The notes beneath the pieces are model-generated. The model saw nothing but the letters and a program-made list of their open reading frames with translations, was not told the origin of the DNA and made no database searches. This document shows positions 27,669-42,112 of a stretch of 64,000 nucleotides of DNA, piece after piece. This DNA comes from Octopus vulgaris (lineage: Eukaryota): positions 193,502,001 to 193,566,000 of the forward strand of contig OX597814.1 of assembly GCA_951406725.2 (NCBI GenBank), written 5' to 3'. How positions within the stretch are numbered: the first letter of the stretch is position 1; every line of letters starts with the position of its first letter. A program made the position numbers and the translations under genes.

Positions 27669-27865
27669 CGCCATGATAGATCGCAAGCCACTACACATTC
27701 TTTATTTTCTCTCCTTGTTTCTTTCCGTGTTCCTTTCTGTGGAAGAGCGTAGGCTCGAAACGTTAAAGACTTTTTCACTTCCCGAGCATTAAACTAATAC
27801 ATCTATTTTTTGTCTACACCACCTGTCTTCGTCTTCTGTCGTTTTTTTTGTGTGTAAATTCTCCC
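27669..27865 (+). mobile_element. Mini-element family M1 with minimal HHR-like motif (27733-27768)
   Basis: cttt-CTGTGGAA-GAGCgtagGCTC-GAAAC-GTT-aaag. Homologous to 34526-34727 and 36046-36253. The 3' end abuts (TATG)n. Confidence 0.7.
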
Positions 27866-27947
27866 TGTATGTATGTATGTATGTATGTATGTATGTATGT
27901 ATGTATGTATGTATGTATGTATGTATGTATGTGTGTATGTATGTATG

Positions 27948-28024
<77 letters not shown>

Positions 28025-28599
28025 CATTATTCAGTTTATTTCAAGATTTCTTGCCAATAGAGAAATAACCGGTTTCTAACCTAGATCCAAGGCTCGTTTA
28101 TTGGGATTTTAACATCATCAACGGGGTCTTTTTTTATGTATGTATGTATGTATGTATGTATGTATGTATGTATGTATGTATGTATGTATGAATGTATGTA
28201 TGTATGTATGTATATATGAATGTATGTATGTATGTATATATGAATGAATGTATGTATGTATGTATGTATGTATGTATGTATGTATGTATGTATGTATGTA
28301 TGTATGTATGTATGTATGTATGTATGTATGTATGTATGTATGTATATATGAATGTATGTATGTATGTATATATGAATGTATGTATGTATGTATGTATGTA
28401 TGTATGTATGTATGTATTCATACTTGCTTCAGCCACAGGACTGCGGCTATCATGGGGCACTGCCTTGAAGAATTTAAGTCGAACAATTCGATTTCATTAT
28501 TTTATTTCTCTCATTCAAGCCGGCTTCTTATTCTATCGGTCTCTTTTGTCAAACCAGTTGTCAAGCGGTGGCGGGTATAAATACACACACACATACATG

Positions 28600-28680
<81 letters not shown>

Positions 28681-29277
28681 GCACACGCGCATGCACACAC
28701 ACACAGTGGGCTTCTTTCAGTTTACGTCTATGTTGTTCGGCTCGAAGACACATACCCAAGTTGCCACGCAGAGAGACAGAATCCAGAACCATTGGGTTGT
28801 GAAGGTAACTTATTACCACACAGCCACGCGTGCGCCTATCTATACATACATACATACATACATACATACATACATACATACATACATACATACATACATA
28901 CATACATACATACAAACATACATACATACATACATACATACATACATACAAACATACATACAAACATACATACATACATATATACATACACATACATACA
29001 TACATACATACATACATACATACATACATACAAACATACATACATACATACAAACATACATACATACATACAAACATACATACATACATACACACATACA
29101 TACAAACATACATACACACACATACATACATACATACAAACATACATACATACATACATACATACATACATACAAACATACATACATACATACATACATA
29201 CATACACACATACATACATACACACATACATACATACATACACACATACATACATACATACATACATACATACATAC
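27866..29277. repeat. (TATG)n and (CATA)n arrays flanking a family A SINE (28421-28836, -)
   Basis: Direct reading; source of the long MYVC/HTYI ORFs. Confidence 0.9.
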
Positions 29278-29440
29278 GTAACGATTAATCCAAAAACTTG
29301 AATATTGACTTTTATCAGATACTTTGTATATTTATAGATAAATATATAAATATACGATAAATAAGACCCCAAAGTACGACATGTAGATGCATATAACGCT
29401 GAAGGGTTAAACCTGATTGATTTGTAAATTTGCTTTTACC

Positions 29441-29586
<146 letters not shown>

Positions 29587-29906
29587 TACACATACATATA
29601 TATATACATACATGTATATATAGTCAATTCAATGAACAAACAATTCAAAAGCCGAATGAAAAAACGAAGAGAAAACAACGAACGTGGGAACGTGCACAAG
29701 AATTATATTAGTTTGACACTCGGTGAAAGAATAAAGGAATAGGTCCAAAGAATAAGAAGGAAAATTGCCAACTACCCTCGTGTGGTTACATTTCTGAAAT
29801 AAAAGGAGAGGAGGTATGAGGGATGAGCATATTTATTTAGCCACTCGATATCCGTAGGATTACAGCCGTGTCCCAACCGTCTTCATGTGGTAATGATTTC
29901 AGAGCC

Positions 29907-30047
29907 GAATGAAATTATGTTTACATGTTCGAATTAATATGCATGCTACGCATTTTTCAATACAATTGTATATTTGCACTGATTTGTGAATATACAATTG
30001 TATTGAATAATGCATATTAATTCAAACATGTAAACATAATTTTATTC
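29907..30047. repeat. AT-rich fold-back with ~65-bp arms
   Basis: GAATGAAATTATGTTTACATGTT...TCAATACAATTGTATATT / AATATACAATTGTATTGA...AACATGTAAACATAATTTTATTC. Confidence 0.8.
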
Positions 30048-30053
30048 CACACC

Positions 30054-30356
30054 GACCTGTGGGAAAGGACGAACTCGGAGCCCATACATGTTCAGATTAG
30101 ACGAAGGAAATGGAGATGGATCGGACACACACTGCAGAAAGAGCCCTCAAATGTGATACGACAAGCACTTGACTGGAACCCGCAGGGGAAAAGGAAGCAA
30201 GGACGCCCGAAGCAGACATGGAAGCGGAGCATATTGGACGAGCTCAGGACCACCGGCCTGACATGGGAAGCAGCCAAGAAACACGCCAAAAGTGGAAAAC
30301 AACTGTTGAGGTCCTATGCTCCTATGCTCCACAAGGAACAAAAAGGATTAAGAAGA
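30054..30356 (+). pseudogene. RTE-type LINE ORF C-terminus
   Basis: DLWERTNSEPIHVQIRRRKWRWIGHTLQKEPSNVIRQALDWNPQGKRKQGRPKQTWKRS. Confidence 0.85.
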
Positions 30357-30808
30357 AGCTCATCAGATAATCAGAACCTCCTGGCTACACCAACGATCCA
30401 ACTCCGGGAGTCAACGCTAAAACTGCTGCGCCTAATCGTCTCATTAAACTGTTTAGGCCATTACATTTCACATAATATCATCACACCATGTCCGAATATA
30501 TTCTTATGATGGTGGTCATAGCTTTGGAGTTAATTCTACCATGTCTATATTGATTGTCATATCTAGGCGTTTTACCTGTAACTGCGTTTTACCTGTAACT
30601 CTTTGCGCATCCGATACTTGGTTGTTATTTCATGTTCCTGGATTGTGAAAACATATTCTTCAATGTGAAAACTAACATACATGTTAGACGACTTTGGTTC
30701 GATACTACAATCAGTTTTTCTGCTTAATCCTTCATTCAGATCAGTAGTTCCCAACCGGGGTCCATATGATCCTCGGGGATCCACAGAAGATTTTCATATT
30801 AAAATTCA

Positions 30809-30989
30809 TTGGCTGTGTGGTAAGTAGCTTGCTTACCAATCACATGGTTCTGAGTTCAGTCCTACTGCGTGGCACCTTGGGCAAGTGTCTTCTTCTATAG
30901 CCTCGGGCCGACCAAAGCCTTGTGAGTGGATTTGGTAGACGGAAACTGAAAGAAGCCCATCGTATATATATGTATATATATACAACCAT

Positions 30990-31060
<71 letters not shown>

Positions 31061-31290
31061 GTGTGTGTATATGTTTGTGTGTCTGTTTTTGTCCCCCCAG
31101 CATCCCTTGATAATTGTGGTGTGTTTACGTCTTCGTAACTTAGCAGTTCGGCAAGAGAGACCGATAGAATAAGTACTAGGCTTACAAAGAAATAAGTCCT
31201 GGGGGGGCGATTTGCTCGACTAAAAGGCGGCACTCCAGCATGGCCGCAGTCAAACGACTGAAACAAAAAAACAAAAAAAATAAAAGAATA
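30809..31290 (+). mobile_element. SINE family A
   Basis: Colinear with 52006-52427. Confidence 0.85.
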
Positions 31291-31712
31291 ACCGTTGATG
31301 TAATATATACATTTCTACTTGGCGAATATTTGTTTCATTTTTTATTTAATAACAAGAAATTTCATGTCGACGTTCCCAGTCTTTATATATTTCCGATGAA
31401 ATAATATATTTGAGGGTGATGTTCCTGTTTGGGGTTACAAAAATAAAGTAAGCATTCACAAATGCGATAATTCAAACCGTTCCATGGGAAAACTTCTACG
31501 TCAGTTTCTCATTGGTTATCGTCGGACTTTTTATAACGGTTTCTTTCGATAATCGGGGAATAGTCAGTCGCTGGTGTTTGGTGTCACTTTTGCTTACAAG
31601 GATGCTCTGAATATGTTGAGCTTAGCGTTATGTTTTCTTCATAAATAAATGTACGACATACATATGGACATCTACTCTTACTCACATAGACATACACACA
31701 CACAGACACACA

Positions 31713-31789
<77 letters not shown>

Positions 31790-31827
31790 GCTTATGTGTG
31801 TTTATATATATGTATATATATAGATAA

Positions 31828-31862
<35 letters not shown>

Positions 31863-31982
31863 TACATATATATGTATGTATATATAAATATGTATGCATA
31901 TATATATTTATATATATATATATATGTATACATATAGTTATATATATATGTGTGTGTATATATATGTATATATATATATCTT

Positions 31983-32027
<45 letters not shown>

Positions 32028-32088
32028 ATGTAGGTACATATATATATGTATGTATATATATATATTTATATATATTTATATATATAGG

Positions 32089-32165
<77 letters not shown>

Positions 32166-32254
32166 ATATATATATATAAGTATATATATGTGTGTGTGAA
32201 TATATATGTATATATGTATATATATGTATATATGTATATATATAGTTTTATATG

Positions 32255-32314
<60 letters not shown>

Positions 32315-32485
32315 CGTATATATGTATATAACATACATACACACGCACACATGTATATATGAGACAGTATTTTTATATATATTACGTAGCCATCACTCGC
32401 GAGCGATACTTCTTTTGTAACATGTGCCATTAATTGTTTTAAGATGGTTATGTAGTCGTAGCTGACATAGATACCCTCTAGAGGG

Positions 32486-32558
<73 letters not shown>

Positions 32559-32612
32559 TTATCTATATATATACATATATATAAACACACATAAGCATAT
32601 ATATATATGTGT

Positions 32613-32653
<41 letters not shown>

Positions 32654-32731
32654 TATCTATCTATCTATCTATCTATCTGTCTATCTGTCTATCTGTCTAT
32701 CTATCTATCTATCTATCTATCTGTCTATCTG

Positions 32732-32800
<69 letters not shown>

Positions 32801-33291
32801 TTATCTATATCTTCCTCCCCTTCTCTGTCTTTGTCTGTCTGTGTATCTGTCTTTATATACATATATATATATATTTATATATAACACAGGCATACATGTG
32901 TGTGTATATACACACACACACTCATGCATATGTATATCATACGCACCTATATTTATTTGTATGCGTATGTAAGTATTTATGTATACATGAATATAAAATA
33001 CTTCATTACGGTTTAGACTGCGATTTCTGTTGGCAGGTCACTAGTCTATAATCGTAACTTCTTACTTCAAGTCTTTACTTCGGGGAACTGGGGTTAGTCG
33101 ATTAGATCAACCCTAGTACACAACGGGTACTTATTTTATAGATCTCGAAAGGATGAAAAGTAAAGTCGATCACGGCGGAATTTGAACTCAGAACGTAAAG
33201 ACGGACAAAATGCCGGTAAACAAGTTGCCCGGCGTGCTAACGATTCAACCAGCACGCCGTCATAGTCTCTACTAACTTGGGCGCGCAGCTG

Positions 33292-33460
33292 TCTTCTTCT
33301 TCTTCTTCTTCTTCTTCTTCTTCTTCTTCTTCTTCTTCTTCTTCTTCTTCTTCTTCTTCTTCTTCTTCTTCTTCTTCTTCTTCTTCTTCTTCTTCTTCTT
33401 CTTCTTCTTCTTCTTCTTCTTCTTCTTCTTCTTCTTCTTCTTCTTCTTCTTCTTCTTCTT
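33292..33460. repeat. (TCT)n microsatellite
   Basis: Pure trinucleotide run; source of the poly-E/K/S ORFs. Confidence 0.95.
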
Positions 33461-33461
33461 C

Positions 33462-33940
33462 CAATCAGACACTCACGCCATTAGCTACAGAGAATGATCT
33501 CTAATTGGAGCCTACTCTAAGCTACTACGAATGCGTGTGGAAACTTGAAGATCCACCCACCACACGCGATAGACTTGGCGGTTGCACGGACGCGAAAGCT
33601 ACGCTGTTATCCTCATTCCGTAAACGGTGGCTCTTTAACGGGTGAAGAGCTGAACCATCCTGGGGTTCAGAGGATTCACAATCTAGACTAGGGTCTGAAA
33701 GTTTTACCACACCATAGTGGGTTACACCATGGTTCCTCTGCTTTGTGGAAGAAGTAGGAAGAAAGAGAGAATGGTTTGGTGAAAAAGTACAGCAGGGTTC
33801 ACCACCACCCACCAACTGAGCCTCGAGGAGCTTAGGTGTTTTTTCTCAATAAACACTCACAATACCCGGTCTGGGAGTCGAAACTGCGTTCTTACGACCG
33901 CGAGCCCACTGCCCTAACCACTGGGCTATTGCACCTGCAC
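33462..33940 (-). mobile_element. SINE family C head with a third 3' tail ending in (GAA)n
   Basis: 33750-33940 matches the family C head; 33462-33745 is unrelated to the other tails. Confidence 0.6.
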
Positions 33941-34141
33941 GCAGCTGTTGTAATATGGCTTTGGTGTAGTGGCTTACACAGTTATGCAATTTACAGCTAA
34001 TACGTGGTTCGAATCCTGCAAACTATCCTTTTGACTTATATTTCGTTTTAAATAATCACACACATGCAAAATACACAACACACACACACACACACACACA
34101 CACGTACACCTACTTATTTAATAAATATGTATGTGTGTATA

Positions 34142-34244
<103 letters not shown>

Positions 34245-34484
34245 ATATATATATATATACACATATATATGACAAAAACAGCTTAACAAAAAATCCTAGT
34301 ACAGAAATAAAATACAGGATTTTAGTCGAAGACTATTCTTTGTTATCCTGGTACTTATTCTATCAGTTCTCTTTTGCCGAACCGCTATGTTATGGGGACG
34401 TAAATATACCAACATTCGTTGGTGGATGGGCGGGTGGGATAAACACAGAACCAAAGACACGTACACAAATTTATACAGATATAT

Positions 34485-34525
<41 letters not shown>

Positions 34526-34527
<2 letters not shown>

Positions 34528-34727
34528 GAGAGTTCACGAAAAAAACAAAAAACAAAAGACGAAGGCAGGTGGTGTAGAAAACAAACAGATGTATTAGTAT
34601 AATGGCTCAGGAATTGAAAAGTCTTTTACGTTTCGAGCCTACGCTCTTCTACAGAAAGTGACACAGAAAGAAACAAGGAGAGAAACAAAGAGAGAAAAAG
34701 ATGTGTGTAATGGCTACCGATCTATTA
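34526..34727 (-). mobile_element. Mini-element family M1 (HHR-like motif 34623-34658) inside a SINE A linker
   Basis: cttt-CTGTAGAA-GAGCgtagGCTC-GAAAC-GTA-aaag on the minus strand; SINE A halves at ~34330-34490 and 34730-34825. Confidence 0.7.
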
Positions 34728-35623
34728 TAACAGGCTTCTTTCAGTTTCCGTCCGCCAATTCCATGCACAAGGCTTTGGTCGGGCCGAGGCTATAGTAGAA
34801 GACACTTGTTCAAGGTGCCACGGAATGCGACTTGTTCCGAGTTCAATCTCACGGCGTGGCACCTTATGCAAGTGTCTTCTATTATAGCCTGGGGGCCGAC
34901 TAAAGTTTGTGAGTGGTTTTGGTAGACGGAAACTGAAAGAAGCCCATCGTATATACTTATGTGTTTATATATATATTTGTATCCCCCCCCCCAACACCAC
35001 CATCGTTTGACAACTGATGTTGGTGCGTTTACTTCCCTGTAACCTAGCGGTTCGGCAAAGGAACCCAATAAAATACGTACTGAGCTCACAAAGAATAAGA
35101 CCTGGGATCAGTTTATTCGACTAAATGCAGTTCTCCAGCATGGCCGTAGTCAAATAACTAAAATGAGTTAAATAATAAAAGAATATATATATATATATAT
35201 GCGGTGGTGCTCCAGCATGACCGTAGCTGCATGGCTGAAATTAATATAAGAATACATTTATATGTCTATATATGTACATATAGCTAAAATATGGTAATGT
35301 TAGCTTTATTTTAGAAAATAAGACACTGCTCTTATTTTTCATAGTTAAAATCACCCAAGCTTTTATCTGCCAGCCAGCAGATTTGTTTCTTATCCGGTGC
35401 GCGCGAGCAGAAACCACACGCACACACACACACACACTCACACACACTCACAACACGCACACACAAACGTGTACACACGTATCGCACATGTGTGTATGAG
35501 TGTATGTATGCGCGCGTGCTGTTACATTATAACTCTTTTGTTTGTTGCATGTGTCAGGAGTGTCCAGAATGTGTGTGTGTATATATATATATATACACAC
35601 ACACACATATATATATATATTTA

Positions 35624-35675
<52 letters not shown>

Positions 35676-35780
35676 TATATACATATATATATACGTATAT
35701 GTATATATATACATATATATATTTATAAATATATATATACACATACATACATATATATATAGATATATATATACACACAC

Positions 35781-35832
<52 letters not shown>

Positions 35833-36045
35833 TACACACCCACACACACACATATATATATCTATAAATAAATATATATATATATATATTTATATGTAAT
35901 ATTTGTATCCGCTTTAACATGGCTGTCCGTAGTAGAGTCCGCTCGAACGTACAGCCATTTTAAAGTGCATACGAATATTACTTGTCAATGCAACTACTGC
36001 GTTGATCTCTTAGAGAGATTTTTAGAACTAGCATTTTTGCTTGGA

Positions 36046-36252
36046 CGCCATGATAGATCGTTAGCTCCTACACGCATTTTTTTCTTCCCTTGTTTCTCTC
36101 CTTGTTTTTTTTCCTGTGTATCTTTCTGTCGAAGAGCGTAGGCTCGAAACGTAAAAGACTTTTTCTATATCTATTCCTGAGCGCTATACTAATACATTTG
36201 TTTGTTTGTACTCCACCTGCCTTCGTCTTTTGTTTATTTTCATAAACTTTCC

Positions 36253-36253
<1 letters not shown>
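36046..36253 (+). mobile_element. Mini-element family M1 (HHR-like motif 36121-36158)
   Basis: tcttt-CTGTCGAA-GAGCgtagGCTC-GAAAC-GTA-aaaga, followed by (TA)n. Confidence 0.7.
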
Positions 36254-36303
<50 letters not shown>

Positions 36304-36344
36304 AAAGTATATTTATTAATTAATTATTTTATTCTTCTACTTTA

Positions 36345-36619
36345 TTTTTAACCTGATGAGTGGCTATATTTATATCGAAGTGATTTTACTACTACTATTA
36401 ATTTTTTTTTACTATAATCGTTTCTTAAATATATCCACGAAACACGTGCCGCTATTCTACCAATTATATACGTTTTTATTATTATTTTTTTGCAATTTAC
36501 TTAATCATCGGTATATTATTGTTATTTTAATTTTTTTATTTCTTTATATGTAATTTTCTAGATGGTGTAATTTAATTGTTCATTTTGAATTGATAAAAGG
36601 TGGATGTTTTCTAATTTTT

Positions 36620-36620
<1 letters not shown>
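36345..36620 (+). mobile_element. Mini-element family M4 with mutated HHR (36349-36454)
   Basis: taac-CTGATGA-GTGG...CCAC-GAAAC-ACGT-GCC-gcta. Homologous to 53917-54170 and followed by (TA)n. Confidence 0.7.
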
Positions 36621-36651
<31 letters not shown>

Positions 36652-36678
36652 TGAATAAATATACATATATTCTGGACA

Positions 36679-36722
<44 letters not shown>

Positions 36723-37351
36723 GAAATTAGGAATGGATCTCCATCGGTTTCGGTGATCATTATTTATGTGTTTTGGCAAGTGAACTACTCGCTCATTGAA
36801 TTAGTGTGTATGTAGCCGAATATTTCACAGGCGTGTTTATTTTTAAAATAACCCTCAGTTAGAACCAATGCGACACATTGTGTGTGACAAGGGTGCAGTC
36901 AATCCGAAAAGGGTTCCTCACCGTTTCCGTCTATGCTGTTTCATTGACCAAGCTGAGATCGACGCGATGCTATGTCAAAGTCACTCATGCAAGACACAAT
37001 ACTGTGAGACTGAAACCCAAGATATCGTAGTTGCCAATCGAACTTTATATAACTGTTTGGTCATAATGCGTCCCTACAGCTTTGCTTTCAAAATATGTGC
37101 ATATGAAAACATATACGATATGTTTAATAAACGTGCAATTTATTCTCACTTCGTAAATGCGAATCGTTGACCAGCACAAGCGGTTCAGTAGTTCAAAGTG
37201 AAAATCGAAAGGTTAGTTTCGTATTTATCAGTTCCCATCAGAGACCATTTAATTATTTACTTCTCAACAATTGAAGTCAAGAGTATATATATTCTAAGAA
37301 ACATTAATGTGTGTATATACACAAACATATATATATGTGTATATGTATGTA

Positions 37352-39095
37352 TTGGGTCATCCCATAGATAATGCGGTTTTTTCAATTGCATGAAATCAAC
37401 TTGCTATAAAAAGATTAGTAATTTTACCGTGTCCTTATTCTTAGTGCAAGTTTCGAAAAGTGCAGTTTGATTTTAACAGTTATTTTTTCAAAGCTGTAAT
37501 GGAAGTGGCAAAGAAGAATATTCGGCATATTTTGCTTTATGAGTTCAATACAAGCAACAACGCAACGGAAAGTGTGAGGTATATTAATGCAGTATAAGGG
37601 GATCAGACAATAAGCATAAGCCAGTGGCAACAGTGGTTCCAGAAATTCCGAGCCGGAAACCACAGCCTAGGAGACGATCCTCATGCTGGAACATCTGTAG
37701 AGCTCGACGAGGACGTCCTGCCAAACCCTGGTGGAACAAAATTCCATCATAACTGTTGAGGAACTAGTAGAAAAGGTTGGATTTGGCCATTCGACTAGTC
37801 ATTCAAGTCAGCGCCAGAAGAAAAATTACTGTCTTTGGTTTCAAAACGAATGGTGTTATTCAATCAAGATAATGCTCGACCACATACAGCGAGGATAACA
37901 TTTTAAAAGCTGGGACAGTTTGAATGGGAAACGTTGACCTACACACCATATTCGCCGGATATTGCCCCATCAGATTATCATTTATTCTTCAGTCTTCCAA
38001 ATCATTTGGACGGAAAAAATATGAATTCTGTAGACGAGTTAAGAACAGTAGTGGAGGAGTGTTTTTCGTCACGGACAAGTAAATTTTTGAAGAGGGGCCT
38101 TGCAAGTCTACCACATAGATGGAAGAGCATTGTAGAAAATGAAGGAGAGTATATTTTAGATTGGCGGAGACGTAAATGGACCCCTCCACCCCTTAATTTT
38201 TTTACGGAATCTCACGTTTTCGGTTATGGAGATTCCATTTCTGAAAAAAATTTTTTCAAAAATTGTAACTTCAAAATTTCAATCCCCCCACCATCTCCAC
38301 CATCCCCCCATCCCCTCTTCATTTTTCACTTTTTCCGGATTTCTTTTTTTTTTTTGCGAAATACGTAGATTATGATTCGGGAAAAAAAGGTATTTGTAAA
38401 ATTTCAATTTTTCAAAAAAAAAAAAACAAACAAAAAAAACAACCCTTCCCGGTTGTACAGCCTTGGCCTTCAAGCAGGCTATCCACATACTACAAATAAC
38501 AGCCAAATCTAAAAAAAATAAGTGAACACTTTAATTTCACAGTATTTCTTTGCTATTTTTACTTTTCTTTTTTCAAGAGTATGCTGTTATCTATGCACTC
38601 ATATTTTTTATAACTTTCAAAACAAAAGTAAATGAAAAAAAAATGAACACTTTAGTTTCATTTTCATATTACTGTGGGAAATTACCCTGGAAGAAATCTT
38701 TGCAGAAAGGTGGGTAGATTGGTTACTTATTTCTTTCATTATGTTATCGCAATATAGTGAGATTTGGCTGTTGTTTCTAGCATGTGGATAGCCTGCTTGA
38801 AGGCCAAGGCCATAGAATCGGGAGGGGTTGGAGTTTTTTTTTTTTTTTTTTTGAAGAAGAAGAATTGAAATTTTACAAACAATTTGTTTCAGAATCAAAA
38901 TCTCCATATTTTTCTACGTATTTCCAATCGGAATCTCCATATCCGGAAACGTGGGATTCCGTAAAAAAAGAAAAAAAAAATTAAGTGGTAGAGGGATCCG
39001 TTTACGTCTCCGCCATATGCGGCAAAAGAACTTTGTTTATCTTAATTTTGAAAAATAAAAGTATAAAAAACCGTATTATTTATGGGATGACCCAA
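37352..39095 (+). mobile_element. Mariner element, internally deleted transposase pseudogene
   Basis: TIRs TTGGGTCATCCCATA / TATGGGATGACCCAA with TA flanks. MEVAKKNIRHILLYEFN starts at 37499; QDNARPHTA...PYSPDIAPSDYHLFFSL...RWKSIVENEGEYILD follows. Confidence 0.92.
38163..39014. mobile_element. Long fold-back MITE nested in the mariner
   Basis: Inverted ends GGCGGAGACGTAAA / TTTACGTCTCCGCC, plus inner inverted repeats (38440-38510 vs 38760-38830). Confidence 0.8.
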
Positions 39096-39133
39096 TATGT
39101 ACGAATATGCATGTATATATGTATGTATCTCTA

Positions 39134-39219
<86 letters not shown>

Positions 39220-39449
39220 GCATGCATGTCATTATTCAGTTTTATTTCAATAGAGAGAGAGCCGGTTTCTAAACTAGATCCAAGGCTCCTTCATTGGAAT
39301 TTCAACATCAACAAAAGGGTATTTTTGTTTGTTTGTATGTATGTATTTATGTGTGTATATGCGCAGATTTGTATGTTTTGCTTTATGTATGCTTTCCCAT
39401 GTATATAGTTGCATATATAGGCATGCTCATATCTGCTTAAATTTGGTTT

Positions 39450-40046
39450 AAAATACGTCTGGAAAGTTTTAGAGATTTTTTTCAGTTCTAGTGATGGATT
39501 GGATCTGTAGTCTTTGAATTAGCTTTCTCCTTTCTAGTTTTGAGAAGCCTGATTTCTCAAGATTGGTATTTAGGCAGTGTGTTACATATCCCTGGGCCCC
39601 AATAATGACAGATATAAACCGGAAGTTGCAATTTGGATTGAGTAACTACAGATTTCTTAATAGTTCAGCATGAGAATCCTCTTTTTCATTGATCTTCAGC
39701 TTTATGTTAACATCCACTGAGCAGCTAATTTCTACAACTGTACGCAGTTTCTCTTCCCTGTCTCAAAGCATTATATCAGGTCTGTTGTGCGTACATTTTA
39801 TTGAGGTCTTCACTGGGACATTCAACAAGTAGTCCTTTTCATTATGAGTGACTATGGATTCTACCATACAGTGTTTTTTTATTTCTTTTCTTCGGGGGTT
39901 ATCCTTCCGACGGACTTCATTATAGAATGTCGTAGCTACAACATCATGCCTCATCGGTAGGTAATACCGTGATGACATTTTCGGACAACTTCTTATGATG
40001 TAGGTGATATCTTCGGTGTTAACTCCACAAAGTCTGCATCGGTGAT
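39450..40046 (-). pseudogene. R4/Dong-like (R2-group) LINE C-terminus with zinc knuckle and restriction-like endonuclease
   Basis: RCRLCGVNTEDITYIIRSC...RHDVV...HNRPDIML*DRE...VVEISC...KINEKE...VIIGAQG. Confidence 0.8.
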
Positions 40047-40049
40047 TCT

Positions 40050-41118
40050 AGGAATGAATTTTACCTTTTATTTTTGCATCCAATTTTAAAACATGTTCAG
40101 GAAGTGAATACACTGTTTGAATCAAACACTGTCGACAAAACAAAATTACTTGAAGATCTTTCAAATTTGATTAAATCTGTTGCTAATATGATAGTTTTGC
40201 CAACATGTAGAATTGATCCTCTTGATCCTGATGTTTCTATTGAAAAATTTCTGGATCCTAAACTAAATTTAGGCTACAGGTTCGAGAGGAAGATAGCAGA
40301 AATGATTATCAAGAAAATTGTAACAGCCACCGAAGAAAATAATATTCGCAAAAGTGCACAACAATTTTTACTCTGCCTTTATAAAGAGCTCAAGCACCGT
40401 TTGATTTGCCAGAAAATATTAATATACTGAGGGATATCAAATGTTTTTCAGTAAAGAATATTTTGCAGCATTTCAAAGAGCCAATTTTACCTGTCTTAGA
40501 AGCAATGCATTTAAATGAAGAAAAAATTACTTCAATTAAAATTCAGTTTAATAGCATTCATTTAGTTAAAAGGACAAATACATCTAATACCGAGGCATTC
40601 AGGCTGGAAGTCTTAGAATATAAAGATGCTACTGGAGGAAATCCTTTAGAGATGTTGCAAATTTTGCCATTAATCTATTGACATTGCCAAACTCAAATGC
40701 AAAAGTTGAACGGTTGTTCAGTAGTATGGGTGTAATCAAATCAAAATTGAAAAACAAAATTCATCTTCCTATGCTTAGATCAATATTGTCTATAAACTAT
40801 GGCCCGAAAAGATATGGCAAATGTGGCAAAAACTTCGATATTCCAAAACACGTAATTAACGAGATTGGGACCTTAAATGTATACAAAAGTCAAGACCTAG
40901 GCACTGCAGCTGAAAGTGATCAAATCAGTAAAATTCAAGAAATTATTTCTCAATGCTGAATATAACTAAAGAAAGTAAATAAAAATTTAAATTAAGTTTA
41001 AGCTTTTTGATATAATTAATATTTAGCATTTTTTTTTCTCGTAGAATTTTTTAGCATTTTTTTGGTATTTTTTCTACTGAAATTTAGCATAAAATTATGA
41101 ATTTAAGTTGGCAACATA
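40050..41118 (+). pseudogene. hAT-family transposase 3' half and right end
   Basis: Frameshifted ORFs 40074-40959 ending in the hAT dimerisation-like motif LPNSNAKVERLFSSMGVIKSKLKNK. Terminal AAGTTGGCAACA resembles a hAT TIR. Confidence 0.75.
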
Positions 41119-41411
41119 GCTAGTCGGTTGCTTTTACTTTTAATTGCTGAAGCTTCAATATTAGTTCACAGACTGTGTAGCATATAATACGTAACAAAAT
41201 TACATGTTTATTATATATATCGTATATGTTTTCATATATACACTTCTTTACGCCTACACTCCGCAGATATGTATGTGCGTAGCGCGTGTGTGTGTGTGTG
41301 TGAGTGCTACTTATGAATAGCTACTTATCAATAAGCTGCTTATGGATAATTTTGCAAGTAATCATCATTGTTTCCCGAGTTTCACTTCATTTTCAACTCT
41401 TCAATCGAACA

Positions 41412-41448
41412 GTAGCGTGACATCGGCGTCATGAGAGTAATACTTCCG

Positions 41449-41511
<63 letters not shown>

Positions 41512-41545
41512 TTTCTGTACAACCGTTTTTCCAGATATGATAGAC

Positions 41546-41614
<69 letters not shown>

Positions 41615-41651
41615 CTGAATTATTAGTTTCGTGACTCCGTTGTCGCTCTAC
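41412..41651. repeat. Fold-back whose arms include inverted (TATC)n/(GATA)n arrays
   Basis: The unique arm GTAGCGTGACATCGGCGTCATGAGAGTAATACTTCCGTATC matches the reverse complement of GATACTGAATTATTAGTTTCGTGACTCCGTTGTCGCTCTAC. Confidence 0.75.
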
Positions 41652-42054
41652 TTTTGCCTTCATGAGCAAATCTGTACATTTTTGCCTTCATATACGTAAA
41701 GTATACAGTATAAATGGTATGGGTGACTTGCCACATCGCCAGAAGATTAAAGAAAAAAACTGAATATGAACTAATGAAAAATTTGAACTCGGATAGACCT
41801 TCATAACCATACCACGTTTTAAAAAATCTTATATTTTCATAATTAAATATGATTAGGAATTGTATATAAAAAAAACTGTTAAAATAATTTGTGTATTATA
41901 GAAGTATAACAAATTCATTGCAAATAAATTTTAACAGCAAAAAATCTTATATGCAACCCTAAGGGCCACATGAATCCTGGTTGAGAACCACTAGCCTAAA
42001 TAGTAGAAGTAGCAATAGCAGTAGTACTATTAGTAGCGGCAACAATGGTAGCGG

Positions 42055-42057
42055 TGA

Positions 42058-42112
<55 letters not shown>

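Noticed and set aside
28025-28133. ~110-bp repeat (also 39228-39330) with GAAACCGG on the minus strand
   Set aside because: A real two-copy repeat next to microsatellites, but stem I and the 5' core cannot be formed, so it is not counted as an HHR.
40074-40959. Possible domesticated transposase or RNA-guided nuclease (Fanzor/TnpB)
   Set aside because: Broken by frameshifts and 5'-truncated, with hAT C-terminal motifs and no RuvC/zinc-finger pattern.
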